The notes below the pieces were generated by a model. It was not told the origin of the DNA. It worked only from the letters and a program-made list of their open reading frames with translations, and ran no database searches. A program made the position numbers and the translations under genes. DNA of 62,972 nucleotides, filler included, from Octopus bimaculoides (taxonomy: Eukaryota), in the NCBI RefSeq assembly GCF_001194135.2. It is 5 parts of 4 records of this genome, joined end to end, with 100 filler letters (N's around TTAATTAATTAA, not from the genome) between each part and the next. Parts side by side here need not be neighbours in the genome. Positions count along the whole stretch, not along the records: positions 1 to 31,398 come from NC_068987.1; 4 more parts are not named here. The stretch is one strand, 5' to 3'. Each line of letters starts with the position of its first letter. Position 1 is the first letter of the stretch. Below are positions 1 through 16,434 of the stretch, piece by piece.

Positions 1-318
1 TTATTGGGGCAAGCGAAAGCGAAATCGGGATAGCACCTGTGCCCAGCGTTGCCTTTCTGGCACTTGTGCCCATGACATGTGTAAGGATTTTCGAGCGAGA
101 TCGTTGCCAGTGCCCCTGGACTGGCTCTTGCGCGGGTGACACGTAAAAGCACCCACTACACTCTCGGAGTGGTTGGCATTAGGAAGGGCATCCAGCTGTA
201 GAAACTCTGCCAAATCAGATTGGAGCCTAGTGTTGCCATCCAGTTTCACCAGTCCTCAGTCAAATCGTCCAACCCATGCTAGCATGGAAAGCGGACGTTA
301 AACGATGATGATGATGAT
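1..318 (+). mobile_element. 3' tail of RTE-type LINE (or SINE sharing that tail), ending in (GAT)n
   Basis: Tail motif ttaggaagggcatccagctgtagaaac...catgctagcatggaaagcggacgttaaacgatgatgat. The same tail is attached to RTE coding remnants at 2923-4200 and 20360-21445 (minus) and is near-identical at 27426-27580. Confidence 0.8.
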
Positions 319-2199
319 ATATATATATACATCACAATCCCAAACATTGGTTCTTCTCTTTAAAACTATATATTTATATTTTATATGTGAAACTTAATTT
401 AATTTTAATTTTTAATAAATTGAATTTTATTCAGTTTTTACCTGGAAATTTGGATTTTTATCCCTAATATTATTGTTATTTATATATATATATATATATA
501 TGCACACACACACATCTGCATTGCATATTATATATATTGAGGCCAGTAATTATTTTTCACAAGTATTCTGAAGTTAATGATGGATGTAGTATTGTGTAAT
601 AGTAGAGAAATCCCTTTGTTTACAAAATTAGATATTTAGTTTCCCTTTGTCCATGATTCTAGCAACATTTGAAATATAGTTAGGTTTTGTAAAGTAAACA
701 GGCAACTATCGAAAAATCAAGCAAAATTAAACTTTTACTACTTAACGAAGTATCTTAAGGATTTATCAGTATAATTGTAATCAATATATTTTGGGAGAAA
801 CTCAGCACATAAATGCTGTTCTTACATGTAGCTACCAGCAAGTACTGTCTGTGATGTGCTGTGATATCAGCTCATTAACTGAGAAGTTAACAACTACTCG
901 TATTTCACCTCTATATTTCATGATTTCCACATCCCTATCTACTTTATCAAGCAATCTAGGCAAACACAAAACCTGCCAACTGACCAAAATAACTGTAATA
1001 TTTATTGTTTCGCTAGCTCCAAGCTCAATATTTCATTGCCAAAATATCTAAGATATTCCTATTAATCAACTGGATCTAAAGCTGAAGTTTTGATCATATA
1101 TAGACACATAAGATAGAAAAAAAACAGAAACAACAACCAATCTTGATTAACACATTTGTATTTATTTTTAATTGATTTGTTGAGGTAGGAGGGGTAGCAC
1201 TCATGATCTTTAAAGGAATGCTTCTTTCACACCAGTGAAAGCAAATGTAGTTATGTTCAGTTTGAATTTCTATATGTCCAACATCCATAAGAAACATGTA
1301 TACAGGTAACAAATTCTAGATTATTGTAGCAGTGGGCATAAATAATTCAGTAAAGTGTTTCTTAAGTCTAGGGTAGTGAGACAATAGGATGATTGAAGAT
1401 GGGGAGACATATGCATCGTGTTGGCTTCAATGGGGATGCAGTGGAGGTTAGTTCAGAAGTTGCTGCAGTAGTAGAAGTAGAAATAGGAGAGAGTGGGGAA
1501 GCAACATCACATCTATGAGTCAATGATTATAATGTGTTGATGAGTGAGTCTTGTTAATCAGTTGATTAGCAATGTTTGGGATTGTGATATAAGAAATTTT
1601 CACATGTAACAACAGTAGCAGTTCAGATATGTAATACTCCACTTTTGTAAGATATCAGCAATTTGGATGGCTTAATTTATTTTCTGCTCTTGAAATAGAA
1701 GACTACTTTTGGGGATGCAATTTTATCATGAGATATTATGAGGTCTAACTGGTGTAGCAACTTTGATGGTTCTGTGTGCTACTCATGCATAAGAGGGGTG
1801 TAACAGAAAGTTTTTTATTTGCTTTGCTTTGGTATGATAGATGCATGATGTAGTGTGAAATGTGAGATCATATAAGACTAAAACATGATATATCAAGGGA
1901 GCTATGCATATTGGATACTCTAAAAAATTCAACTGAGTAATTTCATGTGATACAGAGATGCTTAAGCAGAACTGACCACTGCTTTTAGTCTGTTAGAATG
2001 GTTCATTCAGTTGGTAAAAATTCAGCCACTAATGTATTTCACAGGTTTAGATATTTACTAGCATCAAGTATGTTTTCTCAAAATCTTCATGACTGTAAAT
2101 GACTAAATGAACTTTATACTGGAAACAAACATATGTTGCTTTTCTTTTGATGTAATAGCATATTAACAGGGTATACCAAAAGTGTATTCTCACTGAGCA

Positions 2200-2594
2200 C
2201 CTATTGCAGTAGCTGGGATATTAACTGATATAACAAAGACATTAACTGACCAGCTCTAGTAATACTAAAGATACTGCATGACCTAGTCTAGCAATAGTCA
2301 GGATACTCACTGACCAATTCTCGTCATAACAAAAACACTCACTGACTAATGCTAGCAATAGCAAAAAAAAAAAAACACTCAGTGGCTGATTCTAGCTATC
2401 GCAAAGACACTGGTCAACAGTGGCAATGACCAACATGTGCTCTGAGTATCTCTAGAAATTACATGGCCATTCACTGAGCCATGTTAGCAATAGGAAGGAT
2501 AGTTTCACTGACCAAGTCTAGAAATTGGAAGGACATTCTCTGATAATTCTAATAATGATATTCTTATGACCAATTCTAGCATTTTCACTGACCG
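2200..2594. repeat. Degenerate ~32-bp minisatellite, about 10 units
   Basis: Unit approximately cactcactgaccaattctagcaatagcaaaga. ACTGAC-like anchors at about 2245, 2277, 2309, 2341, 2381, 2473, 2507 and 2539. Confidence 0.75.
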
Positions 2595-2661
2595 GGTAAC
2601 CATATTTATCGTAAATATATATATTAAACAGTATCAGCAGCAAGCAGTGTTTAGGTAAAAA

Positions 2662-2922
2662 GCGAACTTTAGGTTGTTAAAATATGTTTGTGACATATTT
2701 CAACTTCTAAAGGCAAACTCATAACAGTTACTGTGGAGAAAAAAATATCTCTTATGGTGAAAAGGTGTAGAAACACCATATCTGTCTAGTGCTGCCCACT
2801 GGTGTTTTTATGCCTTTTTTACTATAAGAGAGAAGTTTTAATTTCTCTATGGTAACTGCAGTGAATTTGCCTTTAGAAGTAGAAATGCATCACAAACATA
2901 TTTTAACTAACCTAAAGTTCGC
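2662..2922. mobile_element. Palindromic MITE with ~115-bp imperfect inverted arms
   Basis: Starts gcgaactttaggtt and ends aacctaaagttcgc; the arms match along most of their length. Family members at 37455-37590 (half copy) and 54130-54444. Confidence 0.8.
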
Positions 2923-4200
2923 ATCATCATCATCATCATCATCATCATCATTTAGCATCTGTTGTCCATTCTGGCATAGGTTGGACAGTTTGACCAGGGC
3001 TAGCTAGCTGGAAGGCTGCACCAAACTCCAGTCTGATTTTGGCATGGTTTCTACGGCTGGATGCCCTTTCTAATGCCAACCACTCCGAGAGTGTAATGGG
3101 TACTTTTACATGCCACCAGCATGGGTGCTATTTGCACGATACCGTTCTGCCACAGCTGCGATTTTACTTGGCTTGATAGGCCTTCTTCTCAAGCATGATA
3201 TAAAGCCAAAGATCTCTGTCATTGCCTCTGTGAGACCCAACACTCAAAAGGAGCTCAGTCACGTTGCCTCTGTGAGCCCAACGCTCAAAAGATGCTTTTT
3301 ACGTGCCACTTATGTGACACCAGCATCAACCATGACTACGATTTCACTTGGATTGACGGGTCTTCTCAAGCACAGCATATCACCAAAGGTCTTGGTCACT
3401 AGTCATTGCCTCTGTGAGGCCCAAAGTTTGAAGATCATGCTTTATCACCTCATCCCATGTCTTTCTGGGTTTACCTCCTCCACAGGATCCCTCCACCATT
3501 AGAGATCGGCACTTCTTTACGCAGCTGTCCTCGTCCATACGCATCACATGACCATACCAGTGCAGTCATCTCTCTTGCACACCATATCTGATGCCTCTTA
3601 TGCCCAACTTTTCTCTCTGGGTGTTTACACTCTGTCAAACATGCACACTGACATTCTGCATCCAGTGAAGCATACTGGCTTCATTTCTTTCAAGCCTATG
3701 CATGTCCTCTGCTGTCACAGTCCATGTTTCACTGCCATATATTATAGCTGTATGCACACAGGTATCATACAATCTGCCTTTCACTCTGAGAGGGAGGCTC
3801 TTAGGAGCTAATCTTATTCTCACAGCTATGCTCTTGGAGCATTCACCTCCACTACTAACTTGGTCACCTAGATAACAGAAGTTATCTACTACCTCTAGCT
3901 TACTACCCTGGCAATTGATGGAGTCTATTTTCTGTACATTTTCAGTATTTACTGTACCTGTGCATCTTCCACATACAAAAGCTATTTTCCCCTGTTACGC
4001 TTCCTCCGATATTGCTGCACCCCTTATGTGTCCAAAGCTTACACCGAGTACATCTTATGAAATTTCTGCCTATGCCTTTTCTACCGATAGAGCAGCCATC
4101 TACCTGAAGGGATTTGTGATTTGTCTGCCTTTCTACTTACTAAGACTTTGGTTTTTGCTAGGTTAACTCTAAGGCCCTTCGATTTTAGACCTTGCTTCCA
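2923..4200 (-). mobile_element. 5'-truncated, decayed RTE-clade LINE (ORF2 C-terminus and 3' UTR)
   Basis: Minus-strand remnants WKQGLKSKGLRVNLAKTKVLVS, a Cys-rich IRCTRCKLWTHKGCS...FVCGRC segment, and LRVKGRLYDTCVHTAIIYGSETWTVTAEDMHRLERNEASML. The (GAT)n tail lies at 2923-2950. Confidence 0.85.
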
Positions 4201-4255
4201 TACCTATATATATATAACTATTCTGTTTAATTACATTTGATGTAATATTTTTCAG

Positions 4256-4401
4256 CATTCCCAGATGTTGTAGAGAAAGACATCACCCTAGATTGGGAAT
4301 TTATAGTTTTAGCTTGTGATGGTATATGGGATGTCCTGGAAAATGAAGATGTTGTGAAATTTATACGAGCTCGCATTGCACAAAGGATGCCACCAGAAAC
4401 A
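4256..4401 (+). CDS. Protein phosphatase 2C (PPM family, C. elegans T23F11.1/ppm-2 and Drosophila CG17746-like), penultimate coding exon
   Basis: Acceptor tttttcAG at 4254-4255 and donor GTAAGT at 4402. Translates (x)FPDVVEKDITLDWEFIVLACDGIWDVLENEDVVKFIRARIAQRMPPET, containing the PP2C metal-binding ACDGIWDV motif. Phase 1 start, phase 0 end. Confidence 0.95.
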
Positions 4402-6037
4402 GTAAGTGTTTTGTGATATATTTTATACCTGTTTTTTTTTTTTCATCTTTACATTAAATTGTCTTACTTCCAGCTTTTTGCCATAGTGTTTGTTAAATAC
4501 TAGGAGCTGGCTTTTTGTTTTGTTTGTCTGGGAGTGTTTGTTTTACTCATTTATCTTCTTAGTTCAAATCTTAGTAGTTGTATATTCAATCAGTTTAACA
4601 TCAGTGTCAAAAGTAGTTAAGTGTCATATTAAATGCTTTGTGGCATTTAGCTAGATCTCTTTATTAAGTGAGATCTAATTTTGGTGGAGTTGACATTGCT
4701 TTTCATACTTCCAGTGTTGATAAAATATGTAGGAATACGATATTATGTGAAGGTTGATTCAGTCAATAGTACTCTTTCTCCAAAATGCATGGTTATGGCC
4801 AACATTAAAAATCATTTTTACTATGAGTTGTGTTGAGTACTGGATTGGCAGACTCATTAGTGCATTGGACAAAGTACCTTAATGCATTTGTTTCAGCATT
4901 TTACAGTTTGAGTTCAAATCCCACTGAGATAATTTTTGCTTTACATCCTTCTGATGTTGGTAAAATAAGGGACTGGGGTAATTTTAATCAACTCCCCACC
5001 CCCACTTCTCCCAAATGTTCTGGACTTAAAACTATATTAGAAACAATTATTATGAGTAATGTATGACCAAATTCACTCACAAGGCATTGATTGGGCCAGG
5101 GCTATAGTAGAAGTCACCTGTTCAAGGTGCTGCACTGTGGGACTGAACTAGATATTATGTGGTTGCAAAGTGAGGTTCTTAACCACACAGCTGTGTGTGT
5201 GTGTGTGTATATATCAAACAAAAACAAATGGATAGTTCAAAACATCATTACGTGTGTTTCAATAGTATGGTTTATTACCAAATACTCAGTCCATTACATA
5301 ATATATTAGATAATATTATATAAATTCACATAGTTACATAACCACTCCATTTCATAAGGTGATATTCCTGCCAAAGTTTTTGGTGAGAAACAAAGAATCT
5401 GTAAGGGAAGAGATATTTATAAACAAACAGAATTATATATGAATTTTCAAAGTGAGATAGAGAAATTAAACTTTGTGACAAATCAAACAATATGACTCAT
5501 ACATGAATTTGTTGGATACCTTGGACCAGTGAACAACTGTTTGACTCTGTATGGTTCACCATATGGACCAGTTGAATCCTCTGGAATACTTTCTTTTGGA
5601 GTAATGTGTTTAACCAAAGATATGCACAGGTTAAGTTAACTTCTAATTTGCCATGGTCTGTTTGAGCCCCTCTGCATTACTATATATGTGTGTGTGTATA
5701 GATATGTATGTATGTATATAAATACACACACACAGGTACAGACACAACTTGGATGCAATAATTCCATTTGCTGAAGCAGTTTTAAGTGTAGTTGTGATGT
5801 TTATACTTATTATATTATTACTCTTTGTTGGTTACTGTATTTTCTCTCCTTTTCTCTCTTCCCGATATATATATATAATATAATATAATATATGTGTGTA
5901 TATATGCACGTGTGTGTGTGTATATGCATATGTATGTTTGTGTGTGTATATATATATATAATATATGTGTATGTATATATGTATATACCCATATATATAT
6001 GTATGTATGTATATCTATGTCTACTTTTCTGTTTCAG

Positions 6038-6241
6038 ATATGTGAAGAACTGATGACAGCCTGTCTGGCTCCTGATTGTAACATGGGTGGTCTTGGCTGT
6101 GACAACATGACCGTTGTTCTTGTTTGCTTTCTACATGGAGGGACATATGATGAATTGGCCAAGAAATGTGCTAGACCAATAACTCACTCTATAAGTGCTC
6201 TTCACAATGATAACTCTTTAAATTCTTTAGACTTGAAATAG
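6038..6241 (+). CDS. Protein phosphatase 2C, terminal coding exon
   Basis: Acceptor cttttctgtttcAG at 6036-6037, in frame with the previous exon. Translates ICEELMTACLAPDCNMGGLGCDNMTVVLVCFLHGGTYDELAKKCARPITHSISALHNDNSLNSLDLK*, with the conserved DNMT motif. TAG at 6239-6241. Confidence 0.95.
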   Translation: MCEELMTACLAPDCNMGGLGCDNMTVVLVCFLHGGTYDELAKKCARPITHSISALHNDNSLNSLDLK

Positions 6242-6500
6242 TAAGACTGACACCCATAGCCTAGTAGTAGTTGTTGTTAACATTGATGTTAATGTTGTTT
6301 TGTTGTGTTGGACATTGTTAATAAATACATTGAAATGTTGACATTTCTCTCCCCCAACTGAACACCCACCCAGTTTCTCCCTCACCTTCCACAAGACCTC
6401 CACCCCACTCTGGTCCACTTCCCAGTATGAATACCATTAACCACTAACATCACTACTACCGCCACTGCCACCACTACCACCACCACCAGTTTTTAAAGGG

Positions 6501-6506
6501 AATAAA
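6501..6506 (+). promoter_or_regulatory. Candidate polyadenylation signal of the PP2C gene
   Basis: AATAAA about 260 nt after the stop codon. Other AATAAA hexamers occur nearby in this AT-rich DNA, so the assignment is tentative. Confidence 0.25.
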
Positions 6507-7402
6507 CATGAAAAAAAAGTAAAAAATGAAACCAAAGGAAAAGGAGATAGAAAGAGAAATATGAAGTAAAAAAAAAGATATTTAGTTTATTTAATGAACT
6601 TTGATAAACAAACAAAAAACAAATAAGTCATTCTACCTTCAATAGTAATAATAACAATAATGATGAGGATGATGCTTCTGTTACTCCCATCCACTCACCA
6701 AAATAAATATTCTTGTTCTGTCTTTGTTTAATTTAAAAAGCTGTAAATTTCTGTGTCTGTATGCATGTGTGTGTGTGTATGTGAACATGTGTGTGCATAT
6801 GTGTACACGTGCACATATGCATCATAATATACTGCAAGTAAAGGCAAGTGCTTGTAACATGACTGAGACTTCACTGAATGCAAGTGCATCGTGTTGGTTA
6901 CTGTAGCAGAAGTTTTGTGTCCAAAAAACAAATATATATATATAAAGAAAAATACATAACATAAAAGTAAAAAGCAACAACAAAAGAACAAGACAAAAGA
7001 GTATTAAAAATTAACCAAAAATATGCAACCCATTTTTCTATCTCACCTACAACTCTTTGAACTCACCTTAAGTCATTATCATTACAAACATGCACTTAAA
7101 GTACCATGTTATTGCTAAGGTAAGAAAATGTTACAGCAGTGGTATGGCAAATGAAATCCCATCTAAGCCCCATCTCTTTCCAAATGTCCCCACAACAAAT
7201 TCTGGAGTATTCTGTTTCTTTTTCTTTTTTGTTTTCTGAGTGGGTAGATGGGTGGGTAACTTTCCTTCCCTCTTTACCCCTTTCACTCCACTCTGGTTCA
7301 ACCCTGAACTCATTGGTTTTTCAAAAGGACATTCATATCTTTCTTGCAAATCTGTAATTGAAAATAATTGTAATACATATCTATCCAAATATACAAACAA
7401 CA

Positions 7403-7440
<38 letters not shown>

Positions 7441-7859
7441 CTATGTGTACGTATGAAATACATGTGTGTGTGTATAAATATGCATAGTATTCAGAATGTT
7501 ATATTTTCTTATATCATGTCTATGTTTTTATTGTTTAATTGTATATATGTATGCATTTGAAATATATTTGCACATGCACGTACATGTGTATATGTAAATG
7601 CATACTTATGCATATGTATGTTTTTGTGTACACACACACACACACACACAAACACATACACACACACACACACACATAAATGTATTACATGTATTTATAT
7701 ATGTTTATATTTATGTTTAAATATATATTTATATATTTGTGTGTGTATATGTTCTTTTATGTGTTTCAGCCAGGTGGCTGTGTTTATGCTGGAGCACCAC
7801 TATGTATAAATATGCAGAATTATATATATTTATATATCTATATACATGTATATATATTT

Positions 7860-7900
<41 letters not shown>

Positions 7901-9848
7901 AATATATAGATATTTGTAAATATATATATATTACTTATCTATATAGTTTGCGTACGATATATATTTATACATTCAGACAGAAATGACTGTTGACTTGTCC
8001 AAATGACTGCAACTGGCTATGCATTGTGAAATAGCAGAATTCTGAAATAGTATGTTACTAACACCCACTACTTATCTCTATTTGTCTGTAACCATATCTT
8101 TTAATAGTCTATCTTTCCCTTGTTGCAGTACAGTGTCTAATCTCTGGTTAAGTAACTGCACAGCATCATGTACATATGTGTATATGCATAAGTACTAGCA
8201 CATACATACTTCTATTTATGTATGTGTAATTGTGCATCTAAAAAATACACATACATCTCCATAGCACAAGTATGTAGGTATACATATATGTATGGATAAA
8301 TGTGTGTATATAAACACACACACACATACACAAGCATATATACATACATACAACCCCACCATTTACTGACTTATANNNNNNNNNNNNNNNNNNNNNNNNN
8401 NNNNNNNNNNNNNNNNNNNNNNNNNNNNNNNNNNNNNNNNNNNNNNNNNNNNNNNNNNNNNNNNNNNNNNNNNNNNNNNNNNNNNNNNNNNNNNNNNNNN
8501 NNNNNNNNNNNNNNNNNNNNNNNNNNNNNNNNNNNNNNNNNNNNNNNNNNNNNNNNNNNNNNNNNNNNNNNNNNNNNNNNNNNNNNNNNNNNNNNNNNNN
8601 NNNNNNNNNNNNNNNNNNNNNNNNNNNNNNNNNNNNNNNNNNNNNNNNNNNNNNNNNNNNNNNNNNNNNNNNNNNNNNNNNNNNNNNNNNNNNNNNNNNN
8701 NNNNNNNNNNNNNNNNNNNNNNNNNNNNNNNNNNNNNNNNNNNNNNNNNNNNNNNNNNNNNNNNNNNNNNNNNNNNNNNNNNNNNNNNNNNNNNNNNNNN
8801 NNNNNNNNNNNNNNNNNNNNNNNNNNNNNNNNNNNNNNNNNNNNNNNNNNNNNNNNNNNNNNNNNNNNNNNNNNNNACATACATATATATATATATACAT
8901 ACATACATACATATGTATATATATATCTATATATACAGTGTGTACACACAAATATTAACACATTTACAATGTCTATACAGCTGAATGTAAGGTTTTTTGC
9001 AGATGAGATACTTATATGAACTAAGGTTTTATTTTTATCTTTCACTCTTTTCTCTTCTTACCTTCTTCCTAATATAACTGATGTTGCTGCTGGGTGCATA
9101 GATAAATGTGTATGCATGCATACATGTGTGCATGTGTTTTCTCTTCACCTTTCTCACATCATTAGAGATAGTGAGAAAAGTAGATTGGATTATAACTAAT
9201 TTTGAAACTGTGAATTTATGAACGCATCACACATACCTTATTGCACTCTATTGCACAGTGGACTGCACTCGATATTTGCATGATTCATTTGTTGTTGACA
9301 AGGCAAGAACAAATGAAAACAGCGGCAACAGCAACATTTTGAACAGCACCAGAAGCTACTACAACAGAAGAAATAAAACTCAAGCAAAAATAAATAAATG
9401 CCAGAAAAACAATAGAATTTGTATATCAGTTACATTTTGTTTACAAAGTTTTTATGTATATATATGCATGTGTGTATATTTATTTGCATATATGTGTATG
9501 TATATATAAATATATATGTATGTATATATATATATATATATATATATAAATGTATGTTTGTGTGTGTGTGTGTATATGTGTGTGAATGTATGTATATGTA
9601 TGTGTAACTATAAGCAAGGATGTATACATACATGTCATCCTTTGGATGACAAATATACACTAGTTTGGAGAGGACTTATCTAAACATATATATATATATA
9701 TATATATATAAATATATATATATATATCCATGGAAATGTGAAGGTGAAAAATTACGTTGATGAGAATATCTTTGTGTATGCATATATATATATAAATATA
9801 TATACACACACTCGTACACACATATATATATGCATTCATATATATGTG

Positions 9849-9911
<63 letters not shown>

Positions 9912-10121
9912 TCACATATATGCATACATATATATGTGTATATATATATACACATACACATGAGAATATCTTTGTGTATGCATATATATATATATATATA
10001 CTCACACACACACATACATATATGCATATATATGCACAAACACACACTCACATGCACATATATACATATATACAAGTATGAATATATAAATATATAAGCA
10101 CATGCATCCAATATGTATGTT

Positions 10122-10169
<48 letters not shown>

Positions 10170-10572
10170 TCACATATCTATATATACACTTACATAAATA
10201 GACACACAATTATATGTATAATAATTTAAGCATTTTGCTGGAATAAAATTGAAAGTTTATATTTTACCAAGAAAAACAAAACATTGAAGCAAAATAAATA
10301 AAAAAAAACATCACAAGCCAAAAAAAAAAAATTAAAAGAGAGAAACTTCAAAGACATGCCTTTTTGTTGCTTGTGTAATATTGTATTGAATATTTTGATA
10401 ATGATTCCTTCAGAGTTCTTCAATAGTATCTCAACAATATTTTGCTAGTGTTGGTATCTGATGATGTTCTATTGAGATATTATGGTGTGACAACTTTTTT
10501 TGTAGTTTTTTTTTTTTTTTTTTGCATTGTTGCTATCAGTATTTCTTGTGGCTCATGGTCTCAATCTAAAGG

Positions 10573-13520
<2,948 letters not shown>

Positions 13521-16219
13521 ATATTAAATGATAGTAATTATTATTATCATCATTATTGTAACAAAAGCCTAAGATTTGTTATTAATGTGTGGGCATATAT
13601 ATACTCAAGATTTTCCATATGTGTAGATATCTATTTTTGACAAGAACAATTCCTGGAACATTAGCATTTATATATATTGTAAAAGAGAGGCACAGTAGCT
13701 TTAGAGTTAAGATGCTGGCCTGTAAACCAAGTGGTCATCAGATAGCCCATTGTGTTGTAATCTAAGGAAAAGTATAGTGTTTCATTGAGCCTATTCTTTC
13801 TGGCCAAAAATTGTACAGATCTTTGTTGACAGGAATGTGATTGATCAGAGGTTAGGGAAGACACCCAGCTTCAAAGTAAATGAGAGTGATTGAATTTATT
13901 GTCTGTTTGTTTGTGTATAGTTTATATTATACACATATACATGTCTATATTTGTATTGTATAATGTATACATATACTTATATATGTATATTACATATATA
14001 TACACACACATGCACATGTATTATATTTGTGTGTGTGCATATAATATATATGTATTTTATATACATTTTACTGTAATTTTAAGTAACTGCATTCAAAACT
14101 CATATTTCATCTCTAAGATTGTAAGAAAGTTATGGAAACATGGATATCTTAAGATATACTTTGACCAAACTTATCAAAATAGAATTACTGTACTAGCATC
14201 ATCAATATTAGATATTCCTGTCAAGCATCAAAGCCTTTGAATGCTGTTGCATTATATTTTACGCTCTGTATAAGGTCTTTTATATGTCTAGAGATTTGAT
14301 AGCAGTATTCTTCGTTTTTGTTTTTGTTTTTTTCCTAACCATTGATTCCGTCCCTGAAAGAATTAAGTTTCTACGGCTAGGTTCAAAGATGGTTCAAAAA
14401 GAAGCAAAATAAAATGAAATGAAATAAACTAAAATGAAAATAAACATACAAAATGGTAATATTCTTAAAATATACATCCTATTTTCAAACTATATTTTCT
14501 TGTAGTGGTCTACCCAATTCTTGCCATTTACACAAAAGGGAAACAGTCACTGATATTATCAGAAGCATTTTCTTTTTAATATTGTGCCCTCTATATTAGT
14601 GTTTGATATCTTTTAAAAGGTGTTTTGATCCCATGAATGATGGTGTGGTACCAAATGTTCACAAGTTGAATGTCAAGTATTTACTTCCTTCTCGTCATAA
14701 AAATCACATTTTGTGGTATAAGTTTTATATATTGTTTTTTTTTTTGTAATTTATTCAATTTGGAAGTATTTTTTTTCCATAAAATAGAAATGTTTTAACT
14801 CTTAATCTTTGTCAACAACTTAAGAAAAAAAAAAGAAAAAATGAAAGTATTTCAGAATCTCACTCTATTTTTTGCTTCATGGAAAACAAAATACTTTTCT
14901 TTTTTCACATCAAGTAATTCCTAGATAACTAAGAAAGGGAGAATAAAAGATAATTCTCTTGTTTTGGAGGATTGAATATATTATCTAACTATGGGGCGTT
15001 ATTTTTGTTATTTTTACTATAAAATGAATTGTAAATATCTTGTAATAATTAATGGGTTGTTGGGTCTTCATTTAATGATCTCATCTTCATGGTAGTGTTG
15101 GAGTGCAAATCTGTCTGGCAGAGTTTATGCCTCTTTGGGCTATTGCCTGCTGCCAGGAATTACAGGTATATGACATGAGAATTGAACCCATGTCACTGAC
15201 TTGGTTTGCTGGAAGCTTATCCTCTTGTGTGTATGCCACTATATCACTTATCAAAATGGAAAACCTATTTTTCTCTCTTTATAAAAGAAAATCAAATTAT
15301 CAAACATTGTAAAATCTTTTGTACTGTAGTTGTAGTCATAGAAATAGTAGGAGAAATGTAATATTAATAATAATAATGATGATGATGATGATGTCCTTTT
15401 CATTGAAACCATGCATAACAGCACATTCTCATAAGTCTCACATTTCAGTCTGAATATTTATTGCTGTATGTTCTAATATCAGATAGTTTTTTTCTTTTTG
15501 TTGTTCCCAATATAACTTGTCTCCCATTCTCTATTATTAAATTATTTTGTTTAAAAAAAAATCAGTTTTCTTTAAGTTTAGGCAAATATTGCACCTGTAT
15601 ATATCATTGAGTCCATTATATCTTTTAGAATGTGATGCTCTACCTTCCTATTTTCTGTAGGAAAGAGAATTTTGGGGTTGTAAAACATGACAATATCATA
15701 TGGTTCTTGAGGTATAACAAATTTGTTATGTAATTTGTCCAGATCTGATCGAACAACTTCAAATTGTCCTGTTCAATCTTAAATTGTTCTCCTGGGAATC
15801 ATGCATTAAGAAAAACTGTGACTTATTGTGACTTATTATCGCCAATTGCCTGTCCACTCATACCTATGATATGTTGTCAGTATAATGCTTCCAATAGGAC
15901 AACAACCAAGCTATATGTTTATATTCTAACTGCGATTTTTCTCTCCCCTTGGTATTTAAGCATAACATTCCACAGTGTATTTGAGTAAGAAATATTTTGA
16001 TTGTAAATGCAACCTATTGGACATCAATTTCTTGTAACTATTTAACAGATTCTTGAAGTCCTGACAGAGGGCTCTGCCAGGGCATCAGGTGTAAGGTAAG
16101 ACCACTTAGTTGCATAATTCCATAATTTCAACCTGAAAGTAAAGGTGGATTTGCTGGAAGCTTTGGTACTGGAGAATAATTTTGGTACATCTTCGTCATT
16201 AACAGCTTAATAGACCTAA

Positions 16220-16434
16220 CCCTTTAGCATTTAATATTGCTCTATCTGGCCAAAATATTTTACCTGCTTTATGTTTAAACTGGCCAAATCTGGCTCCTCA
16301 CACTTCTACAATGTCATTATAACAATAAACTACTACATCACTGAAATCTTGAAGCTACAAGATAATTCATGGTTTATTCTAAATAATGTGAATAAATAAG
16401 CATTACATTTGACAGTAATCTGAATGCTAAAGGG
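16220..16434. mobile_element. piggyBac-type MITE
   Basis: TIR ccctttagcatt / aatgctaaaggg flanked by TTAA-like sites (ctaa, tcaa). Homologous to 24509-24727. Confidence 0.7.

Noticed and set aside
1320-4255. Further upstream PP2C exons (e.g. the LALSRALGD motif)
   Set aside because: I found no such coding sequence; earlier exons probably lie before the window.
9258-9509. ORF MDCTRYLHDSF... as an extra PP2C exon
   Set aside because: Its frame is incompatible with the phase-2 donor at 6241, it runs into microsatellite, and I see no homology. It is kept only as a candidate acceptor in the stop/donor finding.
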